Below, one piece after another: positions 37,478-42,919 of a DNA stretch of 42,919 nucleotides. Under the pieces are notes generated by a model, which saw only the letters and a list, made by a program, of their open reading frames with translations, was not told where the DNA came from and did not search any database. Position numbers and translations under genes: made by a program. Source of the stretch: an uncultured Aliiroseovarius sp. (GTDB lineage: Bacteria > Pseudomonadota > Alphaproteobacteria > Rhodobacterales > Rhodobacteraceae); NCBI GenBank assembly GCA_964401125.1, contig CAYNXK010000001.1, positions 1-42,919 on the forward strand. The letters are read 5' to 3'. Positions within the stretch are counted from its first letter, which is position 1, and each line of letters starts with the position of its first letter.

Positions 37478-37857
37478 CGACCCTGCCAGCCAGCGCATGA
37501 CTAGGTTCACCATCCGCACACTGATCATGCCGATAATCAGCAGGCATAACGTCTCTAATGTACCTTGCCGTGTGGGCATGCGGCGATAGGACACGGCCCT
37601 GACGGTGATTGCCTTATGGTCACATGGGCGGTCATTTGTTAGAAAAAAGATTCCCACAAATGGCCACCTTTTACCACCCTCAGATATCCAGCGCCGTGCC
37701 GTGTGTAAATATTATGGAAAACCAAGTAATGTCATGATTTACTACATTTAATCTAGACTTTCGGTAGCTAATATGGATAGTAAAATCAACAATGCCCGTC
37801 ACACTTTTGGGTATTGTCCATCACTATAATTCCTGGAAAAAATGGAGAACTCCCTGG

Positions 37858-38724
37858 ATGAAAAAAACTAATTTACTTGTAGCAAGTGCAGCATCTGTAT
37901 TGGCGCTGAGCGTAGCAGCGTTCGCATCTTCTGACGGTGTAAAGAATACTTCCGGTGAAGTGGCGGCGGAGCAGCGTCACACGTTGGCAACAAGCACTTA
38001 TGGTGCAGGTTTTGGCCCGCAATCGCCACGTAATATAGACGCTGTTGCGGGTAACAATCCCCGTTCGTTTGAAGCAGCTCCTGCGCATACTGAAATGAAT
38101 CTCTGCAACATCCATTTCCACGAAAATGCTGAGCACAAGGGTGGTGACTTCACCACTTTTGCGGGCTACGGAGACGGCTATGGTCACGGCACTGGATTCA
38201 CATACAATGGTGAGCTGACTGAAGCTGAGTTGGCGACTTTTGGTCACAAGGTTGGCCTGAGCGATCAGGGTTACTTGGCGCCAGGGGACACCATCGAAGT
38301 TCACTATGTTCACACAACTGCAAAAGTAGAGCCGGGCCCAACTCTGGGTTCCTGCCTAAGCGAATCTATCAAAAATCCACAACTGCGTGTTGAAACTCAG
38401 GTTTTTGTGTTGGTCAATGACGACAGCGCTCTGGACTTCAATATTTTGACCCATCACGAGGTTGTTGAAGGTCTGCACCAAGCGACCAATATCCCAACAA
38501 ACACGGGCATTCCTGTGCAATATGCTGGCTCCACAACGGGCCCCGGATACAATAAAGCGGGCTCTCCATTCCAAGTGACCTGGAGCGTTCGCCCACAAGT
38601 CGCAAAAGTCTCTATTAGCTCAGTTGATAAATGGCTGCAGGACAATACATTTGCAGAAGTTCATGCACATGGTGTTCGTAATCTGGTTAAGAACCCAGAC
38701 CTTCTATCCCATATCGGCAACTGA
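37858..38724 (+). CDS. Secreted His-motif metalloenzyme candidate, delta-class carbonic anhydrase-like
   Basis: ATG 37858. Signal peptide MKKTNLLVASAASVLALSVAAFA. The His-rich motifs are LCNIHFHENAEHKGGDF and DTIEVHYVH. I recall bacterial proteins of this size and pattern being annotated as delta-class carbonic anhydrase, so the assignment is tentative. A/T-ending codons are visibly more frequent than in the neighbours. Confidence 0.5.
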   Translation: MKKTNLLVASAASVLALSVAAFASSDGVKNTSGEVAAEQRHTLATSTYGAGFGPQSPRNIDAVAGNNPRSFEAAPAHTEMNLCNIHFHENAEHKGGDFTTFAGYGDGYGHGTGFTYNGELTEAELATFGHKVGLSDQGYLAPGDTIEVHYVHTTAKVEPGPTLGSCLSESIKNPQLRVETQVFVLVNDDSALDFNILTHHEVVEGLHQATNIPTNTGIPVQYAGSTTGPGYNKAGSPFQVTWSVRPQVAKVSISSVDKWLQDNTFAEVHAHGVRNLVKNPDLLSHIGN

Positions 38725-38785
38725 TCACCAAAAAATCAACTTGCGAAAGGACGGGGATAACAACGCCTCTACTCCTTATCACCAC

Positions 38786-38824
38786 AAGCCTCGCTGCGCT
38801 TAGCAGCGGGGCTTATTTTATTTT
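38786..38824 (+). terminator. Rho-independent terminator after the carbonic-anhydrase-like gene
   Basis: AAGCCTCGCTGC-GCTTA-GCAGCGGGGCTT (12-bp stem with one G.U) followed by ATTTTATTTT. Confidence 0.8.
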
Positions 38825-39087
38825 GGCACCGTCAAGTTATGACTGTTGTTTAAGCGAATTTTTAGCAGTCGAATTTACGCTGCCGCGCTTGTTCAGAGCT
38901 TCCCTAGCGTGGCAAGGCGATTTGCGTCGGGCCAACAGATATTCAACATCACACAAGCTCAGACTAAAACGGGAATACAACCAAACAGGGGCTTGATGAT
39001 TATATTGGGCAAGCGGCAGCCTTTAACGTCGGGATTGTTTATGTGCAGCCCGGTTGTTACCGTCGCCTCGACCAAGAGGAGGCAGGT

Positions 39088-40416
39088 ATGAATGGCAATT
39101 GGCTAACCATGAGCGCGGCAGATCTGGGGCGGGCAATTGAGGCGGGTAGCATTGACCCGGTTGAGCTGACGAAATGCTATCTTGATGCCATAAACGCGCA
39201 CCCTTTGCAGAGCCGTATTTATGCACGCCTGACCGAAAGCCGTGCTTTGGCCGAGGCAGGTGCGGCCAGAAAACGTGCCATATCAGGCCACCGAATTGGC
39301 CCGCTCGATGGTGTGCCCATCTCATGGAAAGACCTTTATGATACGGCAGGCGTGGTGACCGAGGCGGGCAGCAGGTTGCTCAAGGGCCGCGTGCCAAAGC
39401 GTGACGCCGGGGTTTTGCAAAATGCCACGGCGCAGGGGTTGATCTGCCTTGGCAAAACCCATCTGACTGAGTTGGCTTTCTCAGGCCTGGGCCTCAACCT
39501 CAGCACCGAATCACCGCCCTGTGTGAATGATATAAATGCCGTGTCCGGCGGGTCATCTTCCGGGGCAGCCACATCGGTTGCCTTTGGGCTGGCAGCGGCG
39601 GGCATTGGCTCGGATACCGGCGGCTCGGTACGCATTCCCGCAGCCTGGAATGACCTTGTCGGCTTGCAAACCACTGCCGGACGCTTGCCGCTTAAAGGCG
39701 TCGTGCCCCTCTGCGCCCGGTTTGACACTATCGGCCCGCTCTGCCGCTCAGTCGAGGATGCAGCACTGATGCTTTCTACCCTTGAGGGAAGCAAAGCCGC
39801 CGACCTGACCGGGGCCAGCCTTGCCGGTACACGGTTGATGATATTGGAGAACGGCCTGACCAACGCCCGCACAGCCCCTCTTGCTGCATTTGAAGCTTCG
39901 GCGAAGCGGCTAGCAAAAGCTGGGGCCATCATTGATAGTGCCCACCTGCCACTTATTGACGAGGCAATGTCACTAGCGGGCGTGCTTTATACCACTGAAG
40001 CCTACGCAACCTGGGCCACCGAGATTGAAGCCGCACCTGAAAAAATGCACGCCGCCATACGCATCCGATTTGAGACCGGCAAACGCTATTCGGGCGTTGA
40101 ATATGTGCGCGCCTGGCAGCGGCTGGACGCAATCCGCGCCGAATATGCAGCCCTCACCGCAGGTTACGATGCGGTTATCCTGCCCACCTCATCAATCATG
40201 CCGCCAAATATGGCGCAGTTGATTTCAGACAATGAATATTTCGTGGCCGAGAACCTGCTGGCCCTGAACAATACCCGCATGGGCAACCTCATGGGGGGGG
40301 CTGGGCTGACCATCCCCACAGGCACGCCCTCTGCCGGGCTGATGTTCATGGCAGCACCCATGGACGAGGCACGTTTGCTGCGCATTGGGGCAGCTGGCGA
40401 GGCCGCTCTGGCCTAA
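39088..40416 (+). CDS. Amidase-signature family protein
   Basis: ATG 39088 follows AAGAGGAGG. It carries the amidase signature GGSSSGAATSVAFGLAAAGIGSDTGGSVRIPAA, with the upstream K (ISWKDLYD). Confidence 0.88.
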   Translation: MNGNWLTMSAADLGRAIEAGSIDPVELTKCYLDAINAHPLQSRIYARLTESRALAEAGAARKRAISGHRIGPLDGVPISWKDLYDTAGVVTEAGSRLLKGRVPKRDAGVLQNATAQGLICLGKTHLTELAFSGLGLNLSTESPPCVNDINAVSGGSSSGAATSVAFGLAAAGIGSDTGGSVRIPAAWNDLVGLQTTAGRLPLKGVVPLCARFDTIGPLCRSVEDAALMLSTLEGSKAADLTGASLAGTRLMILENGLTNARTAPLAAFEASAKRLAKAGAIIDSAHLPLIDEAMSLAGVLYTTEAYATWATEIEAAPEKMHAAIRIRFETGKRYSGVEYVRAWQRLDAIRAEYAALTAGYDAVILPTSSIMPPNMAQLISDNEYFVAENLLALNNTRMGNLMGGAGLTIPTGTPSAGLMFMAAPMDEARLLRIGAAGEAALA

Positions 40417-40545
40417 AAGCCACAGGTTCCTCACGCAAACTGCGATATTTGCTGGCTTTTTCTGGACCAGAGGCAAAAGTCCGGCTATTCTACCAACAAG
40501 AGGGGCGATACGACCCCTGATCCTGAGGCAGACATAGTCGTAAAC

Positions 40546-41730
40546 ATGACGTTTCCCGAGCGGTTTTCCGCCTTGCCAGAATATGCTTTTCCGCGCGTGC
40601 GGAACCTGCTGGATGCACATGCGCCCGGCGGCCCTGTCGTGCATATGACCATTGGCGAGCCAAAACACGACTTCCCGCCCTGGGTGGCCGGGATAATTGC
40701 CGAGAATATAGCCAATTTACGCAACTACCCGGTAAATGCCGGTATCCCTGAATTGCTTGAAGCCATCGCCGGATATATCAAACGGCGCTATGGGGTTGCT
40801 CTTGAGGCCCACAGTCAGATCATGGCGCTGAATGGTAGCCGCGAGGGGCTATTCAATGCTGCCATTGCCCTTTGCCCTGAGAAAACCGCGCGCGGCGCGC
40901 AGCCTGTGGTGTTGATTCCGAACCCGTTTTATCAGGTCTATGCCGTGGCTGCTGCCGCTGTGGGGGCCGAGCCAGTTTTTGTACCGGCAAGCCGCGAGAA
41001 CGGCTTTTTACCTGATTATACCGCCTTGCCGCCTGAGGTGCTGAACCGAGTCGAGATCGCTTATATCTGCTCGCCTTCCAACCCACAGGGTGCGGTGGCA
41101 GGGCGTGATTACTGGGCCAGCCTGATCGCTTTGGCTGAACAATATGATTTTCGCATACTCGCTGATGAGTGCTACGCCGATATTTATCGCAATATACCGC
41201 CTACCGGGGCGCTGGAGGTTGCAGCCGAGGGTGGGGCGGACCCGGAGCGCGTGCTGATCTTTCATTCGCTCTCGAAACGCTCTAACCTGCCCGGCCTGCG
41301 CTCGGGTTTTGTGGCCGGCGGGCCTGCAAGTATTGCCCGCATCAAGAAGTTACGTGCCTATGCTGGCGCACCGTTACCGGAACCATTACAGAAGGTAGCC
41401 GAGAAAGCCTGGGCAGATGACACCCATGCGGCCGAGAACCGTGCGCTCTATCAGGACAAATATGAAATGGCCGATAGGATTTTTCAGGGGGCGCATAATT
41501 ACACACCGCCTGAAGGCGGGTTTTTTCTCTGGCTAGAGGTTGAAAACGGCGAGCAGGCGGCTGTTGAATTGTGGAAGAAATCAGGCGTTCGGGTGCTGCC
41601 CGGCGCATATCTTTCACGAGATGTCGACGGGCAAAACCCCGGCAAAAACTATATCCGGGTCGCTATGGTGGCCCCAAAAGCAGAAATGCAGCGCGGTTTG
41701 GTCCATATCCGCGACTGTCTCCTGAAGTAA
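40546..41730 (+). CDS. Class I/II PLP-dependent aminotransferase, DapC-like (succinyldiaminopimelate transaminase-like)
   Basis: The N terminus, FSALPEYAFPRVRNLLD...MTIGEPKHDFPPWV...YP, resembles betaproteobacterial DapC from memory. The PLP lysine context is SLSKRSNLPGLRSGF. Confidence 0.75.
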   Translation: MTFPERFSALPEYAFPRVRNLLDAHAPGGPVVHMTIGEPKHDFPPWVAGIIAENIANLRNYPVNAGIPELLEAIAGYIKRRYGVALEAHSQIMALNGSREGLFNAAIALCPEKTARGAQPVVLIPNPFYQVYAVAAAAVGAEPVFVPASRENGFLPDYTALPPEVLNRVEIAYICSPSNPQGAVAGRDYWASLIALAEQYDFRILADECYADIYRNIPPTGALEVAAEGGADPERVLIFHSLSKRSNLPGLRSGFVAGGPASIARIKKLRAYAGAPLPEPLQKVAEKAWADDTHAAENRALYQDKYEMADRIFQGAHNYTPPEGGFFLWLEVENGEQAAVELWKKSGVRVLPGAYLSRDVDGQNPGKNYIRVAMVAPKAEMQRGLVHIRDCLLK

Positions 41731-41744
41731 AGACGAGGTAAAGC

Positions 41745-42919
41745 ATGGCGTATCAGACACGCAGGCGCGATCCTATTTTTGACAGTAACACCCAGGCGGT
41801 GATTGAACAGCGCGGGCGCGAACTGGTTGGTATGGCTTTGCTGGTGCTTGGAGTGCTGGTGGCGATGCTCGTAGCATCCTACTCGCCGGAAGATCCCGGC
41901 TGGCTGGCCGCAACCGGCGGTGAGGTGCATAATTGGCTGGGCCGGATTGGTGCCGCCATCGCCTCGCCTCTTGCGGTTATTGTTGGCCTTGGCGCATGGG
42001 GGTTTGCCATTGCTCTTCTGACCTGGGGTGTGCGTTTCGTTCGCCATAAAGGAGCAGAACGCGCCCTTTCGCGCCTGCTGTTTGTGCCCGTCGCCATCGC
42101 CGTAAGTGCTGTTTATGCTTCAACATTGGTGCCCGGAGCCGGTTGGAGCCATTCGTTCGGGCTTGGCGGCCTGTTTGGTGACACCGTTTCAGGTACCATC
42201 CTTGGAATTGCGCCTTTCAATACTGGATTTTCGCTGAAAGCCCTATCGCTATTATCTGGCCTTGGTACAGTTGCCATCGGCCTGTTTGCCTTGGGGTTTA
42301 CAATTTATGAGCTTAAACGCGCCGGTCGTTTTTTGCTGGTTGGCTTCATCATGGCGTATGCCCTTGCTCTCAATCTTTTGGGAAAAACTGCGCGCAGCGC
42401 GGCAATTGGCGCAGTTGAGGTGGTGCGCTCAGCCAGCCAGATGCGTGCCCGGCACGTGCAAAGCCGTGCTGAGCGGCAAGCACTGGCGGTTGAAGCTGAA
42501 AAACTTGTAGTTAACGATGAAATGCTTGAGCCCACAGCTGAATTTGCGGCACCACCACCCTTGAACACCACAAAAATACTGCGTGCAGATATACCGCCGG
42601 AGGCTGCTCCGGGGCATCATGCGCCGGTTGAGCGGGAACAAAAGCCAAGCCTGTTTGCGCGCATGCCTGGCTTGAAAAAGCGCGCGCCAGAACCTTTGCT
42701 CACCTCTGAGATTATAGAGCCAGTGCTTGACCCACTGGAGGGGTTGGAAGGCGAGGACCGTATCCGGGTAAAAATTACCAATGCGCTGAAGAACCGGGCG
42801 CGCCACGCAACCATTGCGCCGGCAATCGCCCAACCCGCCCGCACCGAGCCACCGTTGGTGCGCCCGCGCAGCCCGCAACCTATGATTCTTGACACCAGTC
42901 AGCAACCACAGATGAACGC
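41745..42919 (+). CDS. ftsK: DNA translocase FtsK (N-terminal membrane domain and linker; runs off the window)
   Basis: Absent from the ORF track because it is open to the window edge. ATG 41745 gives MAYQTRRRDPIFDSNTQAVIEQRGRELVGMALLVLGVLVAM...NWLGRIGAAIASPL...GLGGLFGD... This is four TM helices followed by a Pro/Ala/Glu-rich linker, typical of alphaproteobacterial FtsK. Confidence 0.8.
   Translation, partial: MAYQTRRRDPIFDSNTQAVIEQRGRELVGMALLVLGVLVAMLVASYSPEDPGWLAATGGEVHNWLGRIGAAIASPLAVIVGLGAWGFAIALLTWGVRFVRHKGAERALSRLLFVPVAIAVSAVYASTLVPGAGWSHSFGLGGLFGDTVSGTILGIAPFNTGFSLKALSLLSGLGTVAIGLFALGFTIYELKRAGRFLLVGFIMAYALALNLLGKTARSAAIGAVEVVRSASQMRARHVQSRAERQALAVEAEKLVVNDEMLEPTAEFAAPPPLNTTKILRADIPPEAAPGHHAPVEREQKPSLFARMPGLKKRAPEPLLTSEIIEPVLDPLEGLEGEDRIRVKITNALKNRARHATIAPAIAQPARTEPPLVRPRSPQPMILDTSQQPQMN

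Noticed and set aside
37460-37657. 65-aa minus-strand ORF after DUF1643
   Set aside because: It overlaps the DUF1643 stop region and has no SD or recognisable features. It is possibly a mini membrane protein, but it is unsupported.
38846-39091. 81-aa plus-strand ORF upstream of the amidase
   Set aside because: It has no SD and an odd composition. It runs into the strong SD and ATG (39088) of the amidase gene, so it is likely non-coding leader.

Overview
This window looks like a chromosomal segment from an alphaproteobacterium, probably Rhodobacterales. The inference rests on gene content and synteny: divergent regB/senC-regA, ccrM-rnhB, alpha-type addB-addA, ahcY, and moderate GC. Most of it is core housekeeping. 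The left edge carries mepA (partial), an MFS transporter, a CAP lipoprotein and an L,D-transpeptidase. A tightly overlapped minus-strand operon follows, tsaE-amgK-like-murU-like-addB-addA, then trxA. After that come a PAS-only protein, regB / senC-regA, a PfkB kinase, an HD hydrolase, ahcY, a stand-alone trpB-like gene, DUF2853, ccrM, rnhB, an extensin-like protein, tyrC, hisC, rpsD, tRNA-Arg(TCT), tdk, dgkA, deoA, DUF1643, an amidase, a DapC-like aminotransferase and ftsK (partial). I found no CRISPR array, intact mobile element or recognisable defence system. Three short accessory-looking patches interrupt the core. The first (26.1-28.6 kb) holds small exported ORFans and a receiver-less, membrane-embedded OmpR-type winged-helix protein that overlaps a small secreted-protein gene; I consider it the most unusual item. 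The second (32.8-35.5 kb) lies downstream of tRNA-Arg and holds a perfect 21-bp tandem repeat, a phage CII-like regulator and a decayed IS6-family transposase, all sitting between the thymidine salvage genes. The third (37.5-38.8 kb) is a lower-GC3 gene for a secreted delta-class-carbonic-anhydrase-like protein. Noncoding items include an orphan strong terminator suggesting an sRNA between DUF2853 and ccrM, three GANTC sites in the ccrM upstream spacer, and a perfect 16-bp tandem duplication in the HD/ahcY divergent promoter. All functional calls come from motif recognition by eye, with no database searches.
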